Of a stretch of DNA of 64,000 nt, positions 29,441 to 40,133 are shown piece by piece. The position numbers and the translations under genes were made by a program. The notes beneath the pieces were generated by a model. The model saw nothing but the letters and a program-made list of their open reading frames with translations, had not been told where the DNA came from and searched no databases. The stretch is from an uncultured virus (IMG/VR IMGVR_UViG_3300003316_000129) (Duplodnaviria; Heunggongvirae; Uroviricota; Caudoviricetes): IMG/VR virus record IMGVR_UViG_3300003316_000129. One strand, written 5' to 3'. Position 1 is the stretch's first letter; each line of letters begins with the position of its first letter.

Positions 29441-30640
29441 ATGTCTGAAAACGTAGCTACGCTATCTCCTGAAATTCAGCAGCACTTGGCAATGGCTTTT
29501 GGAGAGTCGATGCCTGCACCTGCTCAAGAGCCACAACAAACTCCATCTGTTGATCAAAACGCATTAACAGAACCAGCAGCAACCGCTGCGCAACAAGCAG
29601 TTCCTTCTATCACTCCTGCAACAAACCAATCAGCCAATCAACCCGCAGAAGCAGAAGAAGTTGTATATGACCCAATCGAATATTTGAAAGAAAATTTCGG
29701 ATTCAATAATGGATGGGAGGATTTAAAAAAACTTCAGGCTGAATATCAGGCATTACAGCAACGCGCTCAAACGCCAGCAGAAATAAAATACGCCAACGAG
29801 CAATCTAAGCGCTGGCATGAATACATTCAAGCCGGAAATGAAGATGCATTGTGGGAAAACTTGAATGCTCGTAAACAAGTCAGGAACTTGGATACAATGA
29901 ATGATGAACAGAAGATAAAGCTGTTCATTAAAATGAATAATCCAATGTTTGATCAAGAGCTTGTAGATTATGAATATCAACGAGCTTATGGATTTGACGA
30001 GAGCCAATTCAAGGATGAGAATGGCGTATTAATTGACCCAATGGGTCATCGCCATGCTAAGATCAGTTCAATGCAGAGAATGCAAAATGATCTCGTAAAG
30101 GCGCAAGAATTTTTCAATAATTACAAATCAAAAATTGAACTACCGGAAATAAATCAAGCTCAGGCCCAAGCGTCAATTGTTGACCAAGATTACGAAAGCT
30201 ATAAAGCCCGTACTGCCAACGCTACGGAATCTTACGAAAAAACAATTGCGCCAGCCTTGAAAGCTTTAGCTGAATCTGATCTGAATATGTCATTTAATGT
30301 AAATGATCCGGAAAATCAAATGTCATTTGATTTCGGCATTACTGTGGACAAAAATGATTTTGATTCTGCAAGAAATGAAGCTCTAAACTTTTCAGAATGG
30401 GTTGAGAAAGCGTTTTACGATGAAAAAGGCAATTTTCAACCTAAAAAATTAGCAAGAGCAATTTTGCTTGAACGAAATTTTGACAAGTATGCTCAAAGCT
30501 TTGTAAGGCAAGGTGTGAATGCTGAAAGAAAAAGAATTATTGAAAAGGAAACACTAGGCGGCATACGAAGGGATTTTAATGTAGACCCTGGTGTAATGAC
30601 AGAGCTTCAAAAACAAATGGAAAGAGCATTTTCCGTATAG
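29441..30640 (+). CDS. Capsid scaffolding protein
   Basis: P/Q/A-rich N-terminus, acidic helical body; directly precedes the major capsid gene. Confidence 0.7.
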   Translation: MSENVATLSPEIQQHLAMAFGESMPAPAQEPQQTPSVDQNALTEPAATAAQQAVPSITPATNQSANQPAEAEEVVYDPIEYLKENFGFNNGWEDLKKLQAEYQALQQRAQTPAEIKYANEQSKRWHEYIQAGNEDALWENLNARKQVRNLDTMNDEQKIKLFIKMNNPMFDQELVDYEYQRAYGFDESQFKDENGVLIDPMGHRHAKISSMQRMQNDLVKAQEFFNNYKSKIELPEINQAQAQASIVDQDYESYKARTANATESYEKTIAPALKALAESDLNMSFNVNDPENQMSFDFGITVDKNDFDSARNEALNFSEWVEKAFYDEKGNFQPKKLARAILLERNFDKYAQSFVRQGVNAERKRIIEKETLGGIRRDFNVDPGVMTELQKQMERAFSV

Positions 30641-30675
30641 TTTAATTGTTCTTTCACAAATTAAACTAAATAATT

Positions 30676-32097
30676 ATGGCAGTACCGGGCATTGGTAAGG
30701 GTGCGAGTGGCGCACCCGGAACGGTGGCGTATCCCAGTGGGCTAACCACCGGAATCTTCAACGAACTTAACTTCGTAATTCCTGATTATATTCCCAAATT
30801 GATGGCTAAGTACGGAAACGACTCATATATGCTCGTTTCGGAAATGCTTGGCCGATCAACGGTAGAGGAACAAACAACTACCACAAATACTTATTCTCAC
30901 TTTGAGCGTGGTCGCCTGTTTGGGGTAGGTCTTGTAAGCGCCAACGTTGGAGGTGTAACGGCTGGCTCAACAGTGTCAATTACGTTCAAGTCTCCTGAAT
31001 CCTACAATGATGGAGCAACCGGAACGCAATCTCCGTTCTTAAACAACCAAACGGTTAAAATTCGTTCAAATGGTAGAAAGGCGCGGATTCAAAACATCAA
31101 CCGATCTGTGGCTGGCGCATTCACGGCGGATTTAGTACCCTTGGGGAACTACGCGCTTATTACTGGCTATAGCGGTAGTCAGTTGAATGCTGGGGAGGGG
31201 TTGGAAACTTTCGGTAACCAATTGGCCGGGGAAAGCTCTGATTCGCAAGGTACGCAACAGCCTAAGCTGTATCGTTATGACAATACAGCTACAGTTCTTC
31301 GTGCTTCTGTTAAGTCAAGTGACTTAGCCAACATGAACAAAACGCAGGTTGATTTTGGCGAAGGCAATAACTATCTGCCGTATCTGGCTGTAAAGGCTAT
31401 GAACATGCAGATGATGGTATCTGTAGAGGATGCCGTTCTTGAAGGTGTACCTTATTCAAACATCAACACTACTGGTACTGTTGGTACAATCGGATGCATC
31501 CCAGAAGTTGTTTCCCGTGGAACAGAAATTGACTACATCAATTTCAACTTCACAATCCCAGATTTCCAAAACCTGACCAAGGTTCTTGATTTCAATGGTG
31601 GCCCTGCTGAATACCACATGGTTCAAGAATTAAGCCAACGCCAGGATATAAATAATCTGTTGTTTGGTAAGTATCCTAATGGAATGATTTCCTATGGTAG
31701 CGTTGGTTTTGGCCAAGAAGCGGCTGTTGCTTATGGTTTTAAATCATTTTCAACAGACACTTACTCTTTTCATTTCCATCGCTATAAAGGATTTTCTGCC
31801 CCTGCGGTATTTGGTTATACCCCTACCCAAGGCGACTACCGTAAAGGCTTCGGACTTGCGACTCCGCAAGGTGAAGTGCAGGATGCCAAGCTGAACGTTT
31901 CACGTCCGTTCTTGCAATGGGTGTATCAACGTCAGCCTGATCTTCCCGCTGGAATGAAAATTTATAGCTGGGAATTGGGTTATACAAAGGCCACAAAAAC
32001 AACAGAAGCCAGCAACAAATATGAACAAATTTGTTATGCGGGGTCTCGCGTTGTGTGTGCGGAGCAGTTCGCCATAATTCAGGGAAAGGATCAGTAA
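30676..32097 (+). CDS. Major capsid protein
   Basis: 473 aa, G/T-rich, strong codon bias; position after scaffold; E.A...G motif typical of the HK97 fold. Confidence 0.85.
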   Translation: MAVPGIGKGASGAPGTVAYPSGLTTGIFNELNFVIPDYIPKLMAKYGNDSYMLVSEMLGRSTVEEQTTTTNTYSHFERGRLFGVGLVSANVGGVTAGSTVSITFKSPESYNDGATGTQSPFLNNQTVKIRSNGRKARIQNINRSVAGAFTADLVPLGNYALITGYSGSQLNAGEGLETFGNQLAGESSDSQGTQQPKLYRYDNTATVLRASVKSSDLANMNKTQVDFGEGNNYLPYLAVKAMNMQMMVSVEDAVLEGVPYSNINTTGTVGTIGCIPEVVSRGTEIDYINFNFTIPDFQNLTKVLDFNGGPAEYHMVQELSQRQDINNLLFGKYPNGMISYGSVGFGQEAAVAYGFKSFSTDTYSFHFHRYKGFSAPAVFGYTPTQGDYRKGFGLATPQGEVQDAKLNVSRPFLQWVYQRQPDLPAGMKIYSWELGYTKATKTTEASNKYEQICYAGSRVVCAEQFAIIQGKDQ

Positions 32098-32117
32098 TAT
32101 CTCTAATGAATTATGAT

Positions 32118-32195
32118 ATTGAGCATCAAAATTCGTTATTAATAACTTCAAAAGGGTTAGGCGGTAGCTCAATTGCCGCCTTCCTTTTGAATAAT
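32118..32195 (+). ncRNA. Hairpin with a loop complementary to an upstream segment, upstream of HNH gene
   Basis: Stem 32147-32166 with 32174-32191; 7-nt loop gctcaat is the exact complement of attgagc at 32118-32124. Confidence 0.6.
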
Positions 32196-32720
32196 ATGGG
32201 ACAAGAAGTTTGGAAACAAGTAAAAGATTATGAAGGATATTATGAAGTGTCAAATCTGGGAAGAGTCAAGAGTTGTGCTAAGAGGTGGTCAGTAGGACGA
32301 AAAGAGGAAACCATTCTGAAGCCAGCTCATAGGCCGGGTGAATATGATTTTGTTATTTTTTGTGTTGATAAAATAAAAAAGCAGATGACCGTTCATAGAT
32401 TGGTCGCGCTTCATTTTTGTGATAATCCAAATAATTACCCTGTAGTTAATCATTTAGATTCGGATATTTACAATAATAAGTGGGACAATCTTGAATGGAC
32501 GACAAGTAGTGGCAATTCTATTCACGGGTATGAGCATGGGAATAGAATTAAGCCCAAAGGTCAATTACATCCAAAATGTAAATTAAGCAATGAGGTAGTG
32601 ATTGAAATTAGAAAAAGACGATCTAATGGAGAAACTGTCAGTTCATTATCAAAAGAGTTTTCTATTTCTATTGCTCAGGTTTCAAGAATTGTAAATGGCC
32701 GCAGGTGGTCGCACATTTAA
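32196..32720 (+). CDS. NUMOD4-HNH homing endonuclease with C-terminal HTH
   Basis: EVWKQVKDYEGYYEVSNLGRVKS; VHRLVA; VVNHLD....NN...NLEW. Confidence 0.92.
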   Translation: MGQEVWKQVKDYEGYYEVSNLGRVKSCAKRWSVGRKEETILKPAHRPGEYDFVIFCVDKIKKQMTVHRLVALHFCDNPNNYPVVNHLDSDIYNNKWDNLEWTTSSGNSIHGYEHGNRIKPKGQLHPKCKLSNEVVIEIRKRRSNGETVSSLSKEFSISIAQVSRIVNGRRWSHI

Positions 32721-32729
32721 AACAAACGT

Positions 32730-33665
32730 ATGTCAAAAAAAACAAACACTCCATTATTTGAAGAGGACGATGATGTTCTTGTTGACGATAATGACCATAA
32801 GGTCGTTTATGTTCTTTGTTTAAAGAATGAGGCAAGGGGTCGGGTATATGATGCCGATGGTAGACCATTGAAAGACCCTGAATACCCAAAAAGAAGGAAT
32901 CTTCTACTACGAAGCACAATTAATTGGCCGGGCGGCAAAGACCCCTATTCTGGGCAGGATAGGCCCAAGGGAAGATATTTGATTCGCTACTACGATGGCT
33001 GCGATACATTGTTTGTGGATAATCAGCCGAAGGAGCCATTGATATTAGAACCGATGATGGCTGGGACACGTGAACTGCATTTTATAAATGGGTTCTTGTA
33101 TGTGGATGAATATGACACAATGCTTAGAACCTATTGCGATTGGTGCAGTTGGAACGCTGATAGTAAATTCAGAAATAAGCAACGGGATGCTATTTTCCGT
33201 TTATTAGATTCTGAAGAAATCAGAAGGGAAGAATCGGCTAAGATTGATCTTATGGAGCAAGCGCTTGTTGCTGCTAAGACGGCAAAGGTTAAGCATATGC
33301 GCATTCATGCTAAATTCCTAAATATCCCTGAAGTTGATGAAAATACAAATAGGGTGCTGTCAGATGATGCAATAAGAACTCTTTACCGTCAATCTGCGAT
33401 GCATGATCCTGCCGGGTTTATGAGGACGTTTAACGACAAATCAATCCACTTGAAATATTGGATTGAAAAGGCATTAGCCAGCGGAGAATTAAGTACAACT
33501 CTTATCCCCAACAGGACAGTATGGGCTAAGAAAGGTGCTGACATAGGAGTCGATATGTCTGGTATTCAAACCACCGAAGGCATAATGAATAAGTTGATCG
33601 AGTTTGCGCAAACCGATGCAGGCATGGAATTTCGGGAAATTTTAGAGGCTTTGTACAATAAGTAA
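32730..33665 (+). CDS. Conserved post-capsid protein (head-associated or unknown)
   Basis: IRY.....LFVD.Q...F.NG.L.V motif; position after the major capsid gene. Confidence 0.6.
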   Translation: MSKKTNTPLFEEDDDVLVDDNDHKVVYVLCLKNEARGRVYDADGRPLKDPEYPKRRNLLLRSTINWPGGKDPYSGQDRPKGRYLIRYYDGCDTLFVDNQPKEPLILEPMMAGTRELHFINGFLYVDEYDTMLRTYCDWCSWNADSKFRNKQRDAIFRLLDSEEIRREESAKIDLMEQALVAAKTAKVKHMRIHAKFLNIPEVDENTNRVLSDDAIRTLYRQSAMHDPAGFMRTFNDKSIHLKYWIEKALASGELSTTLIPNRTVWAKKGADIGVDMSGIQTTEGIMNKLIEFAQTDAGMEFREILEALYNK

Positions 33666-33692
33666 GAAAGCTATTTAACAACTTATATAACT

Positions 33693-33720
33693 AAAGCCTG
33701 TCTTTTAGATAGGCTTTTAT
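33693..33720 (+). terminator. Intrinsic terminator
   Basis: aaagcctgtct-ttt-agataggcttt followed by U-rich tail. Confidence 0.7.
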
Positions 33721-33730
33721 TCTTTAATAT

Positions 33731-34411
33731 ATGGCATTTGCACCTTGGAGTGTTAACCAAATTTATTCGTTTCTTAGATGGCTGCTCAGGAAAAACCAGG
33801 CAGGCGCAATAAGCAGCGGAGATTTCTTTAACGCATGGAATAGCGAAAGTTCTTCGTATTTCCAGGATATGTTAGGTAGGTTTCAGGCTAGGGCAAACGG
33901 TAAGGATGGGATCAATACTGGGCTCATAGAGAATGAAACAATTGAAAGTAAATTATCTCCGTTTACAAAAACGGCTGCCTTAACAATAGCCGCAGGAGTC
34001 GCTCCAAAACCAGCTGACTTTATTTATAAACTTGCAATAAGAATTAATGGGCAGACTGTATGGCATGCTAATAAAAATCAAATTTCATCGGTTAATAACA
34101 GTAGAATAGACCCACCATCAAGTGCAAGCGAAACATATTACTATACTGATTATGGTGATTCGTATTCATTTATGCCAACAACGGTCACATCCGCTGAGTT
34201 AGACTATATAAGTCATCCTGTAGATGTAGTATGGGCATTTACGATAGTAGGGAATAGGCAGGTATATGATGCAGCTAATAGCGTTCAACCCATGTGGCTT
34301 CAAACGGATCGCATCGAGATCACGAAAAGAACATTGAAGTCATTTGGTGTATCGTTTCATGATAATGCATTTTCAGAATTTGGAAACAGTGTAATAAATA
34401 CTGGCAACTAA
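33731..34411 (+). CDS. Tail ring/adaptor protein 1
   Basis: V..IY.....L.K.Q.G.IS..DF; P.DF; Y...P..V.W.F; position. Confidence 0.65.
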   Translation: MAFAPWSVNQIYSFLRWLLRKNQAGAISSGDFFNAWNSESSSYFQDMLGRFQARANGKDGINTGLIENETIESKLSPFTKTAALTIAAGVAPKPADFIYKLAIRINGQTVWHANKNQISSVNNSRIDPPSSASETYYYTDYGDSYSFMPTTVTSAELDYISHPVDVVWAFTIVGNRQVYDAANSVQPMWLQTDRIEITKRTLKSFGVSFHDNAFSEFGNSVINTGN

Positions 34412-35076
34412 TGGCATCATTAATATCATATACGAAAGGAGTTCTTGTTGAACGATTAAGAAGAGACATTGCAAATGATTTCCCGGACGATGATTTTTCT
34501 ATTTCAGAAAACGAAGTCCTTTTGCATATTGATCAAGCCGTCGCCTTTAATGCGGTAGGGCAAATCTTTAACAATGCAAAGGTTTTAGGTACGTTAGAAG
34601 TTCCTGAAGGGTATATAACAAGATATGAACTCTCTGCTTTAGTTCAAGACGGTATTACTGGTGAATGGTATGCCACTCTTCCGCAACCACCAGTTTCTCT
34701 TCCATTAGGATATAGTATATCCAGATGCTTTTTTGCATCTGCCGATAATGGCATAAGTCATGAGATACTTCCCATTAAGGCAAAGAGAGCTGGTTACAGA
34801 AACCTTATGCCTAAGCCAGCAGGGGCGCAATATACTGTAAATGGCAAAAGAATAAACATAACAGCAAATGACGGATCGCCATTAACCGGTTTAACTGTAT
34901 TTGTTGAAATGTTAAATACAAGAACATCATCTATGGATGATGTAATGGATTTGCCGGATGATGCCATTGAGGGAATATACAATTTAGCCTATGCTAAATT
35001 GGTTCAGAGATATAAAATGCCAAAAGATGTTATTTCCGATAACATTGGAGGCGGTAATACAACACAAAAAAGCTAA
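34411..35076 (+). CDS. Tail ring/adaptor protein 2
   Basis: TAATG-coupled; LP..P..LP motif; position. Confidence 0.6.
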   Translation: MASLISYTKGVLVERLRRDIANDFPDDDFSISENEVLLHIDQAVAFNAVGQIFNNAKVLGTLEVPEGYITRYELSALVQDGITGEWYATLPQPPVSLPLGYSISRCFFASADNGISHEILPIKAKRAGYRNLMPKPAGAQYTVNGKRINITANDGSPLTGLTVFVEMLNTRTSSMDDVMDLPDDAIEGIYNLAYAKLVQRYKMPKDVISDNIGGGNTTQKS

Positions 35077-35079
35077 TAA

Positions 35080-35820
35080 ATGGAAGCTACAGACATACAA
35101 CCTCATGTTCCCTTGAAGCAGGTGGTCGCCTATTTTTTGGATCAGTATCAAATGTCTGATGGTGATTTTGATAGGGCGTGGGTTATGGCATTTAGGGCCT
35201 TGGTGGCTATTGGGTTTAGTATTTCATTTGAGCCAGTTACCTTAAGGCTCCCCGTTAGTGCCAATAAAACAGTAAAATATCCATCCGACTGCATAGCTGT
35301 TTTGAAGATTGGTGTATTGAATAATGTGGGCGAATTGAGTACGCTCAGAAGGAATGACGCCATGACAACATATGCTGACACTGATCCTAATCGGCTTAGT
35401 AAATTGACGGCAGATGTGCAAAATGCCGTTCCAATGATTTTAGGATTTCCATTTTTCTTTAATTATTACGACAACGGGTTGTATTATAATTTGTTTGGCG
35501 TGGGCGGTGGGTTGATTCAGTATGGATCGTATAAGGCTGATGAGAAGAATAGAGTTATTATTCTCGAACCAGATTTCCAGTATAGTAGTATATTGTTTGA
35601 ATACATAAGTAGCCCTCAAAAGAATGGAGATTACACAATCCCAATTCAATTGCAGGAGGCCGTAATAGCATTTATGGAATGGAAGTTCAAATTAAACACA
35701 GATCAAAATTATTACGCCAGAGTTATAGAAGCGCAAAGATCATTGCCGGGTAAAAGGGTTGATATGGCCGCGATAAATCAAATACTGAGAGAGCCGAATG
35801 GACAAAAATTGAGATCATAA
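35080..35820 (+). CDS. Tail ring/adaptor protein 3
   Basis: P.D.....KIG; LFEYIS; IP....EAVIA; position. Confidence 0.6.
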   Translation: MEATDIQPHVPLKQVVAYFLDQYQMSDGDFDRAWVMAFRALVAIGFSISFEPVTLRLPVSANKTVKYPSDCIAVLKIGVLNNVGELSTLRRNDAMTTYADTDPNRLSKLTADVQNAVPMILGFPFFFNYYDNGLYYNLFGVGGGLIQYGSYKADEKNRVIILEPDFQYSSILFEYISSPQKNGDYTIPIQLQEAVIAFMEWKFKLNTDQNYYARVIEAQRSLPGKRVDMAAINQILREPNGQKLRS

Positions 35821-38800
35821 TGCCACAGGAAATAAAACAACTTATTGGAGCACTTGATTTGGATTCTCCTATAGAAACAATAGAAAAAGGTTTTCATAGG
35901 GATGCGAGGAATATCGTGTTTAGGGGTATACCCCCTAATAGAAGGGCAGAATATGTGCCAGGTAATACAGTCAAGAACAATCCATTGTTGCCCGGTTCTG
36001 GGGTTAACAAGACGATAATGGCAAAGTATGATTCTAAGAATATGTGTGTGTATATATTCAACTTTAATTCAATCGGGAATCACGGTATATACAAATACAA
36101 TACTATTACGGATACATTTCAGCGATTGGTAGAAGTTGGTATAAACACAAATGGTGATGTTCTTGGGTTTACGGCAGATAGTCTCCATAATTTAGATATA
36201 CTTTATGGAGATAGCACACAGGGAGATATAATCTATTGGTTAGATTCACAAGGTAGGCCGTCTAAAATAAACGTCAATCGGGCGGTGTCCGGTGGTTATG
36301 GGACGATTGATCGGTCATTTTTGAATGTTTGCCGACAGCCAGCAAGCATACCACCAATATGCGCGTATGAAAGAGATGCTTCAAATACTGTTAATAATTT
36401 AAGAAAAAAGCTATTCAAATTTAAAATAAGATGGGTTTTCGACGATAAAGACAAATCAGTAACATCGTCGCAATGCTCTATGCCGTTGCCATTTGACCCA
36501 TTTGATCAAACGATTGATACTGATCCTACGTTTAATTGTAGAATTTCTATAGTATATCAAACAGGCCCACCTAATGTAAAAAAGATAGAAATTCTTGGAG
36601 CCGTAACTATAGGCAATAGTTTTAGCGATTTCTTTCTTGTGTCATCAATAGACAAATCTGTAAGTGGGTTATCTAATAATGATTTGGGTACTTTCCTTTT
36701 TTATAATGATCGGGCATATAATTATATTGATTTAACTGAAAGCATTCAGTTATTTGATTATGTGCCAGATATGGCAGGCGCACAGACTATATTAAATGGC
36801 AATGTCCCTTCATATGGAAATATAACTGAAGGAAGACCTAATTTGACTAGTTTTTCAAATGGGTCGAATACGAGCGGGATTACAGCGTCTCAAGTGCCGT
36901 ATTATTATGGGGATACTTTTAGTAGGCTTGTGTCAAGTCAAAGCGGAGATAGCGGATTTGGGAGCGGCAATATCCATATTGTAGTTAGGGGGTATATCCT
37001 TACAACATTTACTACTGATACGTATGCCGTGTATATGACGGATGGGACTAACATAACTTACACTACATCTATAGGAGACGATTCATCCGCAGTTATTGAG
37101 GGGCTGCGTGTAAACGCTTTGTCAAAAGGATATACAATTATCAGTAACGGCAATAATGATCTTATAGTCTTTAAGTCTAATATCTCTTTGGCTAGGTCTT
37201 TTATTACATCCAATTATGCATACAACGCCGCATTCAATTCATCCTTTTATGCATACGATTGGCTTGGAAAACACGGATGGGGATTGACTTATTTTGATGA
37301 AAATGGAAAAACAAACGGCACAGTATATACTGACGGGTTCTCAGTATCATCGCCTTCATATACTGAGGGGTACGCAGGTGGCGATAAGCCGGTGTTTAAT
37401 GCATCAGTATGGCATAGACCGCCAGATTGGGCGTATTATTATCAATGGGTAAGAACGAAAGATTTAAAAAAGAGCAAATTTCAACAATGGGTAAGTGATA
37501 GAACATTTAAGGATTTATCATCGCTAAGTGGTCAAGTTAAATATGCATATGTAAGTATACAGTCATTGAATGTTTTTATAAATGCAAATCCAGGATCGCC
37601 TTTGGGATATACATTTTCCGCAGGCGACAGGATTACATTTTTTAAAAGATACAATGAAGATGGGACAACAGCGATTTTATATGGCAATTCAAAAGACTTC
37701 GAAATAGCGGCTACTGTAGTCGATCCTACTATAAATGGGGAAATTAAAATTGGCGAGTTTGTTAAAATAATACTACCTCCAACTGATGGGAATTTTGATT
37801 TTGGTGCCAGTGCGTATAATAATTATTTTATCGAAATGTATACTCCCGCACAATCCGTCGCAAATGGGTTGGATGTGTATTATGAGTATGGACAGAGATA
37901 TAAGATAGGTAATCCAACACAAAGCAATAGATTTCATCAGGGGATGACCCAAAACCAGTCGGAAGATTTGATTACAGATGCAACTTTCCAATTTATGGAG
38001 GGGGATTTTTATATTAAACAAAGAGCTGTTCAAACTGGCAATGAGTATTTGTTTAATATACCAGAGATGACTATAACTGGGGCTGATTTCATAATTATTG
38101 GGATAAATTTGGTGAGTAAAACTTACGATGACCCTAATATTACAACCCAAAGTCAATCATACGTTGGGATGCCAGCATTTAATCCGTTTACAGATGGTCG
38201 ATGGTTTTTGGGGGCAAACACTGTAACTGACTTCCATATAAAAGGTACTATTTCGTTTAGTTTTGCTACTGCTCAAACTGGGTCTGCTTGGGATATTTAT
38301 ATTCAAAATAGATTTGGAGAGAAAAAGTATCTTATATCTTCTAATGTTGAAGGAGCCGGAGTGTATTCTTTTTCATTTGATACAGTAACAACATTAGAGG
38401 ATGATCATATATTTCTATTAGCTCAAGGATCATCTGTACGAACTATTAAATTCTTGTCATCAAACATAACATTTACTATCGATAGGATAGTAAATCAAAA
38501 AATGATTGATCAGAATTTTTCTGATTATTTCCCAAGTGCAGTAAATTCTAACGGACGTGCATTTATATACGAACCGGATGCAAATAGAGTTACATTCCCA
38601 ACAATGTTTAGATGGGGTGGAGCATTCCAAAAGGACACAAGTATAAACAATTCAAATAGATTTTATCCTGAGAATTTTGATAACATTGACCGTGGCTATG
38701 GGGCCATAATGGCAATGAAGAATTGGAATCGTCTATTAACGTTCTTTCAAGAAAGAAAATGTGGGCAAACAGGCATTTATCAAAAATTTATCACGGATAG

Positions 38801-39698
38801 TGGCGGCAACAATCAATTGATTACAACTGACAGTATTATTGCTTCTAATAACATAAGCTATTACGATGGGGATTATGGAGTATATAATCAGCCTGCCTCT
38901 ATAGTGCAGAGTGGGTATGTTTATTACTTTGTTGATCCTATTAAAAACAAAATACTTCGCCTTAGTAAAGATGGTTTAACAGACCTTACGGAGCTATACA
39001 AAGTTCAAACATGGGCTGGCAATAATTTGCCTAAATATCTGAATCCGGGAACGTATCAGTTTGGTGGAAATCAAAAAGTGCTTGGAGTGTTCAATGTAAG
39101 ACCAGATAAGGTAGATGAGTATTTATTGCTTGCGCAGGGAACAGCCATTGCCCCTGGTGAGGTCTTTGGGTTTGAAGAGTCGTATAATTCATTTTATAGC
39201 AAAATTGACATAGATTGCGATTGTATGGTTTGTGCAGAGACAACTCTTTTGTTTTTTAGAAATGGCATTATGTGGAAACAATCAACATCTGTCTCTTATA
39301 ACTCATTCTTCGGCATTTCAAAGCAAGCAAGTATAACTGTTGTATTCAATGAAAGCGCGGCAGTTAAGAAATTGTTTGACGCTACCGGGTACATGAGTAA
39401 TTTCACATGGATGAATGATACAAAAGGCGATATTGAAACTAATGTGATTAATTCACAAACGGGACAGTCACAGCAAAGTTTAATCATGACAGATGATTAC
39501 GATACCGTTGAATCGCCAAAAAGATACGCGGCATTTAATTTCGATATGAATAGCGGCCCAAATCAAATATTGGCATTATGGGAAGGTGATAAGCTAAATG
39601 GAGAAATTATAACGTGCAAATACAAGGGTGGAGCTGGTGTAAACTCTTACTTTTTTGCACCTTTCATAAACTATCAAATAGATAACAGAAACCCGTAA
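35820..39698 (+). CDS. Tail nozzle/muzzle (stabilisation) protein
   Basis: 1292 aa, beta-rich; DARNI; YG.I...L.FFQE.K; YG....P.S; YFVD.....LRLS.DG. Confidence 0.75.
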   Translation: MPQEIKQLIGALDLDSPIETIEKGFHRDARNIVFRGIPPNRRAEYVPGNTVKNNPLLPGSGVNKTIMAKYDSKNMCVYIFNFNSIGNHGIYKYNTITDTFQRLVEVGINTNGDVLGFTADSLHNLDILYGDSTQGDIIYWLDSQGRPSKINVNRAVSGGYGTIDRSFLNVCRQPASIPPICAYERDASNTVNNLRKKLFKFKIRWVFDDKDKSVTSSQCSMPLPFDPFDQTIDTDPTFNCRISIVYQTGPPNVKKIEILGAVTIGNSFSDFFLVSSIDKSVSGLSNNDLGTFLFYNDRAYNYIDLTESIQLFDYVPDMAGAQTILNGNVPSYGNITEGRPNLTSFSNGSNTSGITASQVPYYYGDTFSRLVSSQSGDSGFGSGNIHIVVRGYILTTFTTDTYAVYMTDGTNITYTTSIGDDSSAVIEGLRVNALSKGYTIISNGNNDLIVFKSNISLARSFITSNYAYNAAFNSSFYAYDWLGKHGWGLTYFDENGKTNGTVYTDGFSVSSPSYTEGYAGGDKPVFNASVWHRPPDWAYYYQWVRTKDLKKSKFQQWVSDRTFKDLSSLSGQVKYAYVSIQSLNVFINANPGSPLGYTFSAGDRITFFKRYNEDGTTAILYGNSKDFEIAATVVDPTINGEIKIGEFVKIILPPTDGNFDFGASAYNNYFIEMYTPAQSVANGLDVYYEYGQRYKIGNPTQSNRFHQGMTQNQSEDLITDATFQFMEGDFYIKQRAVQTGNEYLFNIPEMTITGADFIIIGINLVSKTYDDPNITTQSQSYVGMPAFNPFTDGRWFLGANTVTDFHIKGTISFSFATAQTGSAWDIYIQNRFGEKKYLISSNVEGAGVYSFSFDTVTTLEDDHIFLLAQGSSVRTIKFLSSNITFTIDRIVNQKMIDQNFSDYFPSAVNSNGRAFIYEPDANRVTFPTMFRWGGAFQKDTSINNSNRFYPENFDNIDRGYGAIMAMKNWNRLLTFFQERKCGQTGIYQKFITDSGGNNQLITTDSIIASNNISYYDGDYGVYNQPASIVQSGYVYYFVDPIKNKILRLSKDGLTDLTELYKVQTWAGNNLPKYLNPGTYQFGGNQKVLGVFNVRPDKVDEYLLLAQGTAIAPGEVFGFEESYNSFYSKIDIDCDCMVCAETTLLFFRNGIMWKQSTSVSYNSFFGISKQASITVVFNESAAVKKLFDATGYMSNFTWMNDTKGDIETNVINSQTGQSQQSLIMTDDYDTVESPKRYAAFNFDMNSGPNQILALWEGDKLNGEIITCKYKGGAGVNSYFFAPFINYQIDNRNP

Positions 39699-39703
39699 TA
39701 AGG

Positions 39704-40132
39704 ATGACATACAATAATATATATGAGTTCTTTAAGGATGATGAGGATTTGCTATTATACTTTGATCCTCAAAGTAAAGCAAAAGACAACGCAGAAGCAT
39801 CTATGGAGGTATACCATAAATTACTCGAATATTCTAAGGAAGGTGGATGTTATTTTAAAAGATGCGGGAATATTGGGTATATTTTTTTTAAGAAAGCGCC
39901 AATTTGGGAGAAGGCTTTTGGTCGAAAGAATGTATTGATTTCATTCTGTGTAAAACCAGAATTTAGAACAAGATACTACCTTACGTATTTTTCAAAATTT
40001 ATTAAAAAAAATCTGGGCAGTCATTTTGTATGTTGTTTGTATACCAAGAATAGTAGAGCGTTGAATTTTCTTGAAAGGCTTGGAATGAAAAAACAAGAAT
40101 CAAATAATTTAATAACACTTTTATCTATTTAA
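39704..40132 (+). CDS. GNAT-like protein in the virion block
   Basis: V.PEFR; L..KN.RA..FLE.LG pattern. Confidence 0.5.
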   Translation: MTYNNIYEFFKDDEDLLLYFDPQSKAKDNAEASMEVYHKLLEYSKEGGCYFKRCGNIGYIFFKKAPIWEKAFGRKNVLISFCVKPEFRTRYYLTYFSKFIKKNLGSHFVCCLYTKNSRALNFLERLGMKKQESNNLITLLSI

Positions 40133-40133
40133 T

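Noticed and set aside
32031..32195. N-terminal extension of the HNH ORF overlapping the capsid gene
   Set aside because: NUMOD4 homology starts at the ATG at 32196; the extension runs through the RNA hairpin. The track starts at 11802, 13072, 18830 and 55006 are likewise over-extended
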